Of a stretch of DNA of 64,000 bases, positions 37,601-46,590 are shown piece by piece. A program made the translations under genes and the position numbers. The stretch comes from Chloroflexota bacterium (GTDB lineage Bacteria; Chloroflexota; UBA11872): assembly GCA_965207185.1 (NCBI GenBank), contig OZ242271.1, forward strand, positions 2,726,522 through 2,790,521, given 5' to 3'. Within the stretch, counting starts at the first letter, position 1. Each line of letters begins with the position of its first letter. Below the pieces are notes generated by a model, which saw only the letters and a list, made by a program, of their open reading frames with translations, did no database searches and was not told where the DNA came from.

Positions 37601-38343
37601 GCGCGTTCTGCCTTGAAAGGTGAGGTGGCCGGTCGGACCGGCGCGGTGGACGAGGGACAGATGTCGTTCAGCACGCAGCCCTCACAATCGGGCTTGCGGG
37701 CGTCGCAGACACGGCGGCCGTGCCAGATGACGGCGATGCCGGCAAAGATCCAGTCATCCTGATTCAGGGTGTCGGTGAGGTCGCGTTCGATCTTGACCGG
37801 GTCGGTTGCGCGCGTGAGGCCGAGGCGCTGGGAGAGGCGCTTGACGTGGGTGTCAACGACGACGCCGCTGGGAATGCCGAAGGCTTCGCCGAGCACAACG
37901 TTGGCGGTTTTTCGAGCCACGCCGCGGAGGCGCAGCAACTCGGTCATGGTCTGGGGGACTTCGCCGTCGTAGTCGTGCATCAACTGGGCGGCGGTTTCGC
38001 GAATGGCGCGGGCCTTGCTGCGAAAGAAGCCGGTCTGACGGATGACTTCCTCGACTTCGAGTTGCGGAGCGGCCGCCAGGGCCTGGGGCGTGGGATAGCG
38101 CCGGAAGAGTTCGGGCGTGACGCGGTTGACGGTGACGTCGGTGGTCTGGGCGGAGAGGATGACGGCGATGAGGAATTGGAAGGGATTGCGGTATTCCAGC
38201 TCGGCGGCGGCTTCGGGATACAACTCGCGTAGCCGACGGATGATCTCGGCGGCGCGGGCGCGGCGGACGGCTTTGGCTTCGCGCCAACGGCGGATGGCGA
38301 ACGCGCTTTTCCTGGCTCGGGTGGTCCGGCGTCTGGCTGCCAT
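37597..38343 (-). CDS. nth: Endonuclease III
   Basis: From ATG 38343: NPFQFLIAVILSAQTTDVTVN, the HhH segment LRGVARKTANVVL, and a C-terminal Fe-S cluster CxxxxxxCxxCxxxxxC (CDARKPDCEGCVLNDIC). The stop overlaps the next start (ATGA). Confidence 0.9.
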   Translation of the reverse strand: MAARRRTTRARKSAFAIRRWREAKAVRRARAAEIIRRLRELYPEAAAELEYRNPFQFLIAVILSAQTTDVTVNRVTPELFRRYPTPQALAAAPQLEVEEVIRQTGFFRSKARAIRETAAQLMHDYDGEVPQTMTELLRLRGVARKTANVVLGEAFGIPSGVVVDTHVKRLSQRLGLTRATDPVKIERDLTDTLNQDDWIFAGIAVIWHGRRVCDARKPDCEGCVLNDICPSSTAPVRPATSPFKAERA

Positions 38344-38601
38344 GGCGGCAGGATATCCGGCGGGGCGGGAGGCGGCTATGTGGTGTTGCTGCTTGCCGGT
38401 GACGAGCCAGTGTCTTGGGTGCTGGGGGACAGAGGTAACTGGAGGCGAGTTAGGCGTAGGTTGAGGGGTAGTCTTGGTTCTACGGTGGTCCGACTCGGTT
38501 TGTGTGTGATCCGGTGAATCCGTAGGGCGGCGGCCGGTTACAACTCCGGTTAGCGGCTCGCGTAGGATGGGTCGGGCTTTATTGAGGTTGGATGCACGGA
38601 G

Positions 38602-38841
38602 ATGGCTCGCGGTACCACAGCACCTCGGCAATTGGCACGACGGCAGATCTTGCGCGCCGCCTCAGTATCGGCCGTCGTGGTGGCTAGCGGCGGTGTGGTG
38701 AGTGCCTGCTTCGGCGACTCGTCGCGGGACGAAGAGGGTTACTACAAGTTCGCCCGCACCCGACCGCGGGGAACTTACGAGTACGACCCGCAGGAACGCG
38801 AGCGGTTGCGGCAGGAGTACGAGCCGAGCGGCGGTTCGTAG
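38602..38841 (+). CDS. Possible small Tat/lipobox-signal protein
   Basis: 79 aa: ..RRQILRAASVSAVVVASGGVVSAC then about 45 charged residues. There is no good RBS spacing and I recognise no family. Confidence 0.3.
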   Translation: MARGTTAPRQLARRQILRAASVSAVVVASGGVVSACFGDSSRDEEGYYKFARTRPRGTYEYDPQERERLRQEYEPSGGS

Positions 38842-39007
38842 GCGCGGCACAGCTCCAGCGCGGCCACCAGTTCCGCGACGCCACTGAGTAATGGCGCCGG
38901 CTGACGCGCCGGACGACGGTTCCGTAGGCGCGGCTGCCAGCGATTCCCACGGTGCGGATATACTTCGAGGTCATAGCAGGGGCTGATTGCGCGCTCGCGA
39001 GGTTCTC

Positions 39008-39214
39008 ATGGCGAACGACACAGATCGACAAACTCAGACTGGACTTCGCGCCGGCACGCGAATCCAGCGACGGCGGCTTCTGGCATTGAGCGCCGCGGTC
39101 ACGTCCATGCTTGCGGTGGCGGCTTGCGCACCGGAAAACGAAGGCGCCGGCACGCGTGACAACCCGTTCCCGTACAGTGAAGAGCGAACCAACCGGCTGC
39201 GTACACGCATGTAG
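39008..39214 (+). CDS. Possible small Tat/lipobox-signal protein
   Basis: 68 aa from ATG 39008: ..RIQRRRLLALSAAVTSMLAVAAC then about 30 residues. Same architecture as 38602-38841. Confidence 0.3.
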   Translation: MANDTDRQTQTGLRAGTRIQRRRLLALSAAVTSMLAVAACAPENEGAGTRDNPFPYSEERTNRLRTRM

Positions 39215-39336
39215 CCCTGCGACGCGTCTGCCGCCGCGTTGCTTACGCCGAGATCTGACTGTGACTTGGTCCACGTAGGCCTTTCGCCGGACCTGACTTC
39301 GAGGTTTCGGTGTCAGCGGCACGCGAGTGAACAAAG

Positions 39337-39370
39337 ATCAGGGCCCGGCGCCGAAGCGCCGGGCCCTGAT
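39337..39370 (-). terminator. Intrinsic-terminator-like hairpin downstream of the solute-binding-protein gene
   Basis: Perfect 15-bp stem ATCAGGGCCCGGCGC / GCGCCGGGCCCTGAT with a 4-nt loop, 36 nt past the stop at 39406. On the minus strand it is followed by CTTTGTT, a weak U-tract. Confidence 0.5.
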
Positions 39371-39405
39371 TCTGTCGGCGTCCAAGAAATGGACGCTGGC
39401 CAGGT

Positions 39406-40932
39406 TTAGAGCGGTGGGAAGCCGAACTTCTGGCGACCCTCGTTGAGCAGATCGCGCTGACCGGCGAGCGAGGTACGCACCAGGTTCTTGGCTTCCTCGA
39501 TCACCTGGTCGACCGGCTTGTCGCCCAAGTAGGCGGCATCCGGCGTCTTGCGCCACTCGTACATCTCCCACCAAGCGGGGAGCGCCATCATCAAGTGGCG
39601 GTTGACGTTGCCAACGTCGGCGTAGGCCTTGAGCCACTCCATACCCTCGGGCGGCGGCGCCTTGGCCTCGGTTGAGTCGAAGACGCCCCGATGCATGGGC
39701 AGGTGGCCGCGGTCAATAGCCACGCGGCCCTGATAGACCGGCCCCCCAAGGAACAAGATGAGGTCGATCGCCTCCTCAATGGTCCCGTAGCGCTGCGCGC
39801 CGTTGGTGACCAAGTGCGGCTGGTCGTTCCACTCGTGAATTTCCTTGCCCAGCGACGCCAGCGGCATGGGGCCCAGCGACCACTTAAAGCGGTCCTTGAT
39901 GCGCGGCACGTGGTAGCCGGTGGTGTAGACGACGGAACTCAACCAGGACCACACCTTGCCCGCAGCGAACGGGTTGCCAAACTCACCCGCCAACCGCTTG
40001 TTGTCGGCGAGTGGGAAGGACACGTTCTCGTTGTGGATCAGTCCCACTGAGAAGTTCAGACCGAAGTCGCCGCCGTTGTCAAAGACGGCCAATTCCGTCT
40101 CATCCGCGTTGCGCATGGCCGTGGCGCCCGACATGAACGCCATCGGGCTCCAGTGAAACTCGTAGCCGTTGTGGGCCCAGGTGCCCCACTGGTCAATGTC
40201 GGGATCCGTGACCTTCTTGCAGGACTCAAGGAACTCGTTCTCGTAGGTCCATCCCTCGCTTGGGAATTCGACCCCATACTCCTCGCCCATGGTGGTGTTC
40301 ATTACGATGCCACCGAGCGCGCCCTGAAACGGCATACCAAACTGCGCGCCCTCGATCACGTTAGACGGGTTTGACCCCTCGTCGTGGGCGTGGTCGTGGT
40401 TGACGGTGTACAGGTCGGGAATGAAGTAGTAGTCCTCGGGGACGTAGTCGTCGCGCTTGGCCAGACCGTCGTTGATCTGGGTGAAGCCACCGTCGTTGAC
40501 AAAGGCGCCGAGCATGCCGCCGTCAAGCATGGCCACTTCAGCCTGGGTGCCGGCGGCCATCTGCAACGGAAATACGCTGGTGGCGTAGTCGGCCGGCTGC
40601 GGGATGAACTTGACGAAGATGTTCGGCCGCAGGCTGGCGTACTGTTTGAGCCCCCACTGCATGGCCGCGCCGCGCGGACCTGAGGTGTGGTCGCCAACGT
40701 AGCTGAGCGTGACTGTCTCGGGCTGAGGCGCCGCCGCTGCCTGAGCCGGAGCGGCCGCCGGGGCAGGCGCGGCTGTGGCGGCCGGTGCCGGCGCTGCGGC
40801 TGCCGCGGGCGCCGCAGGTTCAGGTTCGGGTTCGGACTCACCACAGGCAGCCAGGATGGCCATGCTACTTACGCCAATGGCGCCGACGCCCGCAGCGTGC
40901 AGGATTGTGCGCCTAGATAGGCGATTGCTCAT
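39406..40932 (-). CDS. ABC-transporter extracellular solute-binding lipoprotein (family 1-like)
   Basis: MSNRLSRRTILHAAGVGAIGVSSMAILAAC (Tat signal plus lipobox), a ~55-aa Ala/Pro/Glu linker, then a ~430-aa SBP-like body. The start is set at ATG 40932. Confidence 0.7.
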   Translation of the reverse strand: MSNRLSRRTILHAAGVGAIGVSSMAILAACGESEPEPEPAAPAAAAAPAPAATAAPAPAAAPAQAAAAPQPETVTLSYVGDHTSGPRGAAMQWGLKQYASLRPNIFVKFIPQPADYATSVFPLQMAAGTQAEVAMLDGGMLGAFVNDGGFTQINDGLAKRDDYVPEDYYFIPDLYTVNHDHAHDEGSNPSNVIEGAQFGMPFQGALGGIVMNTTMGEEYGVEFPSEGWTYENEFLESCKKVTDPDIDQWGTWAHNGYEFHWSPMAFMSGATAMRNADETELAVFDNGGDFGLNFSVGLIHNENVSFPLADNKRLAGEFGNPFAAGKVWSWLSSVVYTTGYHVPRIKDRFKWSLGPMPLASLGKEIHEWNDQPHLVTNGAQRYGTIEEAIDLILFLGGPVYQGRVAIDRGHLPMHRGVFDSTEAKAPPPEGMEWLKAYADVGNVNRHLMMALPAWWEMYEWRKTPDAAYLGDKPVDQVIEEAKNLVRTSLAGQRDLLNEGRQKFGFPPL

Positions 40933-41347
40933 GCGTTCCCTCCCTGGAGGCAAAGCGCGTCAGCCATCGACAATCGACTGCCGCCATCACCTGACGACGC
41001 CCCGACACCAGTCGGAGCACGCACCGTCGGTGGACGTTTGCCTCAATGCACCGTACTTTGCGGAGTCAGCTTGTTCTATTTGGAACTACACGTCAAGTGA
41101 CCTATCGTAATTGAAATTGGTTGCGCATTGTTTAGTTGCAGGCCAAATCACCTGGCGGGTAATGAGTGAACTTCGCGGCGACTACTCGGCGCGCGGCCCG
41201 GAAGGGCACCAGGTGTGGAGACCGGTGCTCGATCCCCACGGCAAGAGCCAATCAGTCGGCAGAAGAAGGGCATGCGAAATGGAGGCTCGAAGCGAGACAG
41301 GAATCGTCGTTGGGCAAGTGGCGGCGGTAGCGACGGATAGGCCGGCG

Positions 41348-41557
41348 ATGTTTCGCAGCGGCAGCGGTCGCAGATGCGACGTCGGTCGACGACGCGTGCT
41401 GTTGACGGCGCCGGGCGTGCTGCTCGCCGTTGCTTTTGCAGCCTGTGCCGACAAGCCTCCACCGGCCGAGGTTACGCCGTTCGCGTTTCCGGCCGTGGGC
41501 GCGGGCCAGAAGGACACGGCGCAATTCGGTGCCCGCAGCGGTCCCACGGTTCCCTAA
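41348..41557 (+). CDS. Possible small lipobox-signal protein
   Basis: 69 aa from ATG 41348: MFRSGSGRRCDVGRRRVLLTAPGVLLAVAFAAC then about 37 residues. Third ORF with this architecture around the SBP gene. Confidence 0.25.
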   Translation: MFRSGSGRRCDVGRRRVLLTAPGVLLAVAFAACADKPPPAEVTPFAFPAVGAGQKDTAQFGARSGPTVP

Positions 41558-41713
41558 ACGTGGCTCCGATCGTTAGAAGGTTTCGCGTATCAGGGGCTTG
41601 GCGGAACCGCGAGCCAGTTCGAGGGCTGCCGTTGAGCGATGTGTCGCTACACTGGAGCCTGTGACTGTCGTGGGCTGCCGTTCCGGGTTTGTGGGGCGAG
41701 TGAGTCTTTCTGA

Positions 41714-43579
41714 ATGAACCGTCGCACGCTGCTCGTTGCCGGACTTGGGAGCGCTGTCGCCGCCGCCCCTGCCGCCTTTGTGGCCACTCTGCTTACCAGC
41801 CGCCCGGACGGCCTGCCGGCAGGTGTGAGCGTTGGCGGAGTTGACGTTGGCGGACTCAACCCGCAGGAAGCGCTCGAGCGCGTCGAGGCGGCGTGGCGAC
41901 CGTTTCTTGACAGCCCGGTCGTCTTTCGGCTCGATGGTCGTGCGTGGCGACCGTCGGGCGCCGAAATCGGGCTGCGGGCCGACTTTCAAGCTCCGCTGCG
42001 CGAATTCGTGGGATCACAAGGCAGCGGCGGCGTGCTTGACCGGATGGGAGAGCCGCCCGCGGCCACGAGTCCAACAACGCCGGTCGTTTCGTATGACCGC
42101 GAGGTTGCTCGACAATACTTGCAATCCCTTGCCGTCGGCTTCGACCAGCCGTCAGTCGACGCCGCGTTGCAGTTACGCGACGACGGACGGGTGAGCCTGA
42201 CCCCAAGTCAACCGGGCCGAGTCGTGGACGTGGCGCGGGCCCTGGCGGATATGGAGGTCGGCTTGGCGCAGCGTGCGGTGGGCCACGTAGTCGATCTCGG
42301 CTATCGCCAAGACGAGCCGGCCGTTTCCATGTCCGACGCGGAGGCCGCGCTGGCGACGGTGCGTCAGATGATCGGGCAGCCCATATGGCTCGTGCACGGC
42401 ACTGGGGGCTGGATGATTGAACCATCGCAGTTACGGGACGCGCTGGTGCTTGATCGCGATGACACCGGGTATGCGCCGCGCATCGAGGTCACGCGCTTTA
42501 ACGATGTCTTCCAGCGGATCGAGGACACCCTGAGCGCCGAACCCCGACACGGTGAGTTCGACTTCGATGAGAAGCAAGATCGGGTGCTGGCCTTTCAGCC
42601 GGGTCACCCTGGTCAACGGCTCGATCGACCGGCGTTGGAACGCGCCATCCTGGACGCGGCCAAGCAGCCCGGCGAGCGGCGCGTGGACATTCCGGTGATC
42701 CTGCTGAACAAGGAATTCGACACGTTTGCGAACCCCCTGGGAATCAAGGATCTCCTTGGCGTCGGTTCGTCGATCTACAAGGGCTCGCCGGACTATCGCG
42801 ATCACAACATTGCGGTGGGGGCAGCCAAGCTGGCCGGCATGATCATTCGTCCTGGCGAGACGTTCTCGTTCAACGAGCGAATCGGCGCTTTTACCAAGGC
42901 CGAAGGCTGGGTGGAAGGCAGCGTGATTGTTGAAGACCGGACGGAACAAGGGATCGGTGGCGGCATCTGCCAGGTTTCAACCACGCTGTTTCGTGCCGCG
43001 CTGGCGGCCGGCCTGCCAATTGAGGAGCGCTGGCCTCATCTCTACCGAGTCCGCTACTACGAGATGGGCGGCTTTTCGATCGGGTATGACTCGACGATCT
43101 TCTCGCCCGGCATCGACCTGAAGTTCACGAATGACTATGCGCATCCGATCATGCTGCGCGTCTTGATCGACCGTCGGCTTGCGACTCTGGATTTCGAGCT
43201 GTGGGGTACGGCCGATGGCCGGAGCGTCACCCTGGGCAAGCCGCGCCTCTGGGAATGGGAAGAGCCCCCGCCGGATGAGGGCATTGTGAACAGCGAGGAA
43301 GAGCCGGACTTTGAAGAGCAGGTGGAGTTTGCCAAGGACGGCGTAAAGGCCTCGATTACCCGCACTGTCGTGCTGGCCGACGGTGAGACCCGAACCGGCA
43401 CCTTCCTCTCCACTTATGAGGCCTGGCCCAATCGTTTCGTGGTGGGGATTGACGAAGCGCGGGAGAGGTTTCCGGTGAGTTTCAATAAGTGGGTGGACGA
43501 GAACCAGGATGAGGCGGCGCGCTGGGGCGCGACCAAGGTGCCGGGCGTTCCGTCGGATCCCGACGCGCCAGCAGGATAG
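41714..43579 (+). CDS. VanW-family protein with Tat-type signal
   Basis: MNRRTLLVAGLGSAVAAAPAAF. The VanW core is PGETFSFNERIG..EGW..G.VI....EQGIGGGICQVSTTLFRAALAAGLPIEERWPH. Confidence 0.85.
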   Translation: MNRRTLLVAGLGSAVAAAPAAFVATLLTSRPDGLPAGVSVGGVDVGGLNPQEALERVEAAWRPFLDSPVVFRLDGRAWRPSGAEIGLRADFQAPLREFVGSQGSGGVLDRMGEPPAATSPTTPVVSYDREVARQYLQSLAVGFDQPSVDAALQLRDDGRVSLTPSQPGRVVDVARALADMEVGLAQRAVGHVVDLGYRQDEPAVSMSDAEAALATVRQMIGQPIWLVHGTGGWMIEPSQLRDALVLDRDDTGYAPRIEVTRFNDVFQRIEDTLSAEPRHGEFDFDEKQDRVLAFQPGHPGQRLDRPALERAILDAAKQPGERRVDIPVILLNKEFDTFANPLGIKDLLGVGSSIYKGSPDYRDHNIAVGAAKLAGMIIRPGETFSFNERIGAFTKAEGWVEGSVIVEDRTEQGIGGGICQVSTTLFRAALAAGLPIEERWPHLYRVRYYEMGGFSIGYDSTIFSPGIDLKFTNDYAHPIMLRVLIDRRLATLDFELWGTADGRSVTLGKPRLWEWEEPPPDEGIVNSEEEPDFEEQVEFAKDGVKASITRTVVLADGETRTGTFLSTYEAWPNRFVVGIDEARERFPVSFNKWVDENQDEAARWGATKVPGVPSDPDAPAG

Positions 43580-43693
43580 GGCTTGCGACGGCGGAGCAAC
43601 GCCTGCTGATTCCGAGCGCGGCGCTGTTGGTTCGGAGACGTGGGCTGGCTCCCTGGCTCACTCGCGGCCCGGCGGCGATACGATGGGCGGACA

Positions 43694-43770
43694 CGGGGAG
43701 TGGCGCAGCCTGGCAGCGCGCGGCGTTTGGGACGCCGAGGTCGCGAGTTCAAATCTCGCCTCCCCGACCA
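43694..43770 (+). tRNA. tRNA-Pro (anticodon UGG), CCA encoded
   Basis: Hand-folded cloverleaf. Acceptor CGGGGAG/CTCCCCG, D arm GCGC-AGCCTGGCA-GCGC, anticodon arm CGGCG-TTTGGGA-CGCCG, T arm GCGAG-TTCAAAT-CTCGC, then ACCA. Confidence 0.9.
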
Positions 43771-43811
43771 GATTGGGATAGCCGAGAAGCGAGAACGAGG
43801 CTCGACGCGGG

Positions 43812-45473
43812 TTAGCGTGAGCCGTACGGACGGCGAACTCGTGCGGACGTGTCCTCAGACGTTGGGTCGAGTCTGGGCTCGATCTCGTGCCCAGAGCGAC
43901 CGACGGCACGCAGCCCGAATGTCCAAGCACCCCAGGTCGTTCCTTCGATGCCCGTCTCCGGGCTGTCGAGCGTGACCTGCAAGCGATTCCAGCCGGCGCG
44001 CAAATGTACGCGATGCATGCCGTTTCGAAAGTAGGCGTGCTTCCCCGCTGACTGCCAAGGTTCGTCGCCAACCCGCAGCCGCAACTCGTGCGCCCATCCA
44101 AGGTGCAGGGTCGCGGTGGTGTCGGCATCAACGTGGAGCCAGGACTGCGCCAGGCCCATGGCGGGCCAGGTGACGGAATTGCCGGGATCAGACGGGCGGA
44201 AGGCGAGTCCGAAATCTACAAAGCCGTGAATATCCTCGGCGGGAACCCAACGAGCGACATGCCGGTCTTCGTGACGCCAGGGTGAATCGCCTGCGTAACC
44301 TGTGTCCTGAGTGACCGTGTCGAGGTCGTCTTGGTCCGCAGCTGCGTCCAGGGCTGCCGAGGCGTCGGGGTGGAATGGACCGAGCACTCGCCAGCGAGGC
44401 TCTGGCTGAGGTGCTCCGGTGGCCGCGTAGGGCAGTTCAGCGCCCCGTAGCAGGTGATCCCAATTGGGCATCTTGAAGAACGGTTGGTTTGGCGGCTCCT
44501 GGTACCAGTAGGCGGTGCTGCAGATGTCGTTGGCCATCGAGCCGAAGCGAACGTGGATGGAACGATTGAAGGGAATGGCGTCGGACGCGAAGAAGCGGTA
44601 GGCGGCCAGGGTGTGCCGAGCAAAGGCGGGGCCAAGGTCTTCCTGGGCGTAGTAGGGCACGCCCTGGTCCGGGTGCGACGAGGGCTGGTGCAGCACGCCG
44701 CCGTAGGACGCGCCGAAGCTGTCCTCGCCGCCGCCTCCGCGTAGGTAGGCAAATGTTCCCTCGGGCGCGCCGGTCTCGTTGGTGATGTAGATGTTCTCGG
44801 CCCCGGCGTGCGACCAGCGAGCCCGACCGTCGCGCACAGCGACGCCGTAGTTGAAACCAAGGAAGTAGCCGCGGCCGACGGTGTCCAAGAGGAGGTAGTT
44901 GCGGCCGAAGGCCTGGCAAGGGTTCTCGCGTCGGAACTGGGCGTGGAAGCGGAGCGGCTCTTGCAGCGCGCCGTCGGGGTAGGCGTGCCAGTCGACGAAG
45001 AGGATGATTCGAGGCGGGTCGACGTCTGGCCCCGCCTCGGCCTCGATGCGCGCCCCGCGTGCAAACGGCATGTGGAATGTGGCTGTGTAGCCGGCGTGGG
45101 CCTGCGAGATGAGATATCGCGAGTTGAGGGGGTACGGCGGGAGGCCGTGAAGCTGGCCGAAGAAATCGCCAAGGGGCGCTTCAACCGCCGGTGTGTCCGA
45201 TCCGTCCCAGAACATCCGCAGCACAGTCTGGCGCTGGTTGCCGGGCGAAGGCCGCCGCACGGTGGCGACGAAAATGCGGCGGATGCAGCCTGCGCCTTCC
45301 AGGTTGGCCAGGGTCATTGGCCCGCCGCGCGGCAGGTTCTGGTGCGTGAGGACGCGGTTGGGGATGAAGCGGGCGGGGAGGTTCAGATGTGGGAAGTCCA
45401 TGGGAAAGGCTACCCCTTGTTTTGTGACGGCGGCTAGACGAGACAGGGTGCGGACGCTTCCGGCGCTGGGCAT
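43812..45473 (-). CDS. DUF2961-family protein (GH172-like)
   Basis: 553 aa. GAGCIRRIFVA....LRMFWDGSDTPAVEAPLGDFFG and FHMPFARGARIE follow the DUF2961 pattern as I recall it. Confidence 0.6.
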   Translation of the reverse strand: MPSAGSVRTLSRLAAVTKQGVAFPMDFPHLNLPARFIPNRVLTHQNLPRGGPMTLANLEGAGCIRRIFVATVRRPSPGNQRQTVLRMFWDGSDTPAVEAPLGDFFGQLHGLPPYPLNSRYLISQAHAGYTATFHMPFARGARIEAEAGPDVDPPRIILFVDWHAYPDGALQEPLRFHAQFRRENPCQAFGRNYLLLDTVGRGYFLGFNYGVAVRDGRARWSHAGAENIYITNETGAPEGTFAYLRGGGGEDSFGASYGGVLHQPSSHPDQGVPYYAQEDLGPAFARHTLAAYRFFASDAIPFNRSIHVRFGSMANDICSTAYWYQEPPNQPFFKMPNWDHLLRGAELPYAATGAPQPEPRWRVLGPFHPDASAALDAAADQDDLDTVTQDTGYAGDSPWRHEDRHVARWVPAEDIHGFVDFGLAFRPSDPGNSVTWPAMGLAQSWLHVDADTTATLHLGWAHELRLRVGDEPWQSAGKHAYFRNGMHRVHLRAGWNRLQVTLDSPETGIEGTTWGAWTFGLRAVGRSGHEIEPRLDPTSEDTSARVRRPYGSR

Positions 45474-45491
45474 GGTGCCTGGGATGCTATG

Positions 45492-45510
45492 CTTAGCTAA
45501 GGTTAGCTAG
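45492..45510 (+). promoter_or_regulatory. Putative antitoxin operator (palindrome plus half-site), copy 1
   Basis: CTTAGCTAAG (a perfect 10-bp palindrome) followed by GTTAGCTAG, ending 17 nt upstream of the GTG at 45528. A near-identical motif precedes the paralogous antitoxin. Confidence 0.5.
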
Positions 45511-45527
45511 GTGCTCGTGGGGACGGT

Positions 45528-45776
45528 GTGATCGTCGACATTCGGGAGGCGGAGACTCAACTCGCCAAGCTGGGTGAATTGGCGTGGCAGGGGAAGGAAG
45601 TGGTGATCGCCCGAGACGGCGAGCCGTACGTGTACCTCTTGCCGTACCGAGGCGCTGCCAGTCCGCGGCGGCCGGGCAATTGGACAGGTGAGGTGTGGAT
45701 GGCGCCGGACTTTGACGAGACGCCCCAGGAAGTGATCGACGCATTTGAAGGCTCTGGAGCCGATGACCGGGTCTAG
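45528..45776 (+). CDS. Phd/YefM-type antitoxin, orphan copy
   Basis: 82 aa. MIVDIREAETQLAKLGELAWQGKEVVIARDGEPYVYLLPY... About 70% of residues are identical by eye to the 45894 copy. No toxin ORF lies in the 117 bp that follow. Confidence 0.75.
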   Translation: MIVDIREAETQLAKLGELAWQGKEVVIARDGEPYVYLLPYRGAASPRRPGNWTGEVWMAPDFDETPQEVIDAFEGSGADDRV

Positions 45777-45855
45777 CTGTAACGCAGGGAGGTCGTTGCC
45801 GGAATTCTCGGTGCCTCCGGCGCCTGGTGCATAGGCTGATAAGCTTTCCGATTGC

Positions 45856-45874
45856 CTTAGCTAAGACTAGCTAA
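45856..45874 (+). promoter_or_regulatory. Putative antitoxin operator, copy 2
   Basis: CTTAGCTAAG followed by ACTAGCTAA, ending 19 nt upstream of the GTG at 45894. GGAGGAG lies at 45883-45889. Confidence 0.5.
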
Positions 45875-45893
45875 TCCTGGACGGAGGAGTGCT

Positions 45894-46142
45894 GTGCAGG
45901 TGAATATGCATGAGGCCAAGACCCATCTGTCCAAGCTCGGGGAGCGAGCCTGGCAGGGGGAGGAAGTGGTGATTGCCCGGAACGGCGAGCCGTATCTATG
46001 CCTCTTGCCCTACCGAGGCTCGGCCAAGCCGCGCCCGTTGGGACTGCTCAAGGGCCAGATCTGGATGGCCCCGGACTTTGATGAGACGCCGCAGGAAGTG
46101 ATCGATGACTTCGAAGGCAGAGAGAGCATCGACCCTGAGTAG
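45894..46142 (+). CDS. Phd/YefM-type antitoxin
   Basis: 82 aa. MQVNMHEAKTHLSKLGERAWQGEEVVIARNGEPYLCLLPY... A PIN toxin gene follows directly. Confidence 0.8.
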   Translation: MQVNMHEAKTHLSKLGERAWQGEEVVIARNGEPYLCLLPYRGSAKPRPLGLLKGQIWMAPDFDETPQEVIDDFEGRESIDPE

Positions 46143-46530
46143 CGTAGGCGGCCAGCGGTTGTTGCTGGACACCCACGCTTTGCTGTGGTCGCTAGAGTCG
46201 CCGGGCGTACTGGTCGCGCCGGCCCGCGAGGCAATTGCCAACCCACGCAACGCGGTGTACGTCAGCGCCGCTAGCGTTTGGGAAGTGGCCATCAAGCGCG
46301 CGTTGAACAAGCTTCGAGGACCGCCACACCTCATCGAGGCAATTGGGACTGTGGGGTTCAGCGAGTTGCCAATAACAGCGTTCCACGCTGAGCAGGCGGG
46401 GAGTTTGCCGTTGCTGCACAGGGATCCCTTCGATCGGATGCTGGTGGCGCAGGCGCAGGCGGAAGGGCTGATCCTGGTGACGCGGGACGCCAACATTCCG
46501 CGATATGGAATCCGCACGCTCGCGGCCTGA
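46105..46530 (+). CDS. vapC: PIN-domain toxin (VapC-like)
   Basis: LLLDTHALLW ... VSAASVWEVAIK ... HRDPFDRMLVAQA ... LVTRD. The true start is more likely TTG 46159 (MLLDTH..) than the ORF-track ATG 46105, which overlaps the antitoxin by 38 nt. Confidence 0.8.
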   Translation: MTSKAERASTLSSVGGQRLLLDTHALLWSLESPGVLVAPAREAIANPRNAVYVSAASVWEVAIKRALNKLRGPPHLIEAIGTVGFSELPITAFHAEQAGSLPLLHRDPFDRMLVAQAQAEGLILVTRDANIPRYGIRTLAA

Positions 46531-46590
46531 GGCTCTCGGCGCTCAATTGGCCGACGGCGACGCGGCGTAGAGCGAGTGATTTGATTTCGA

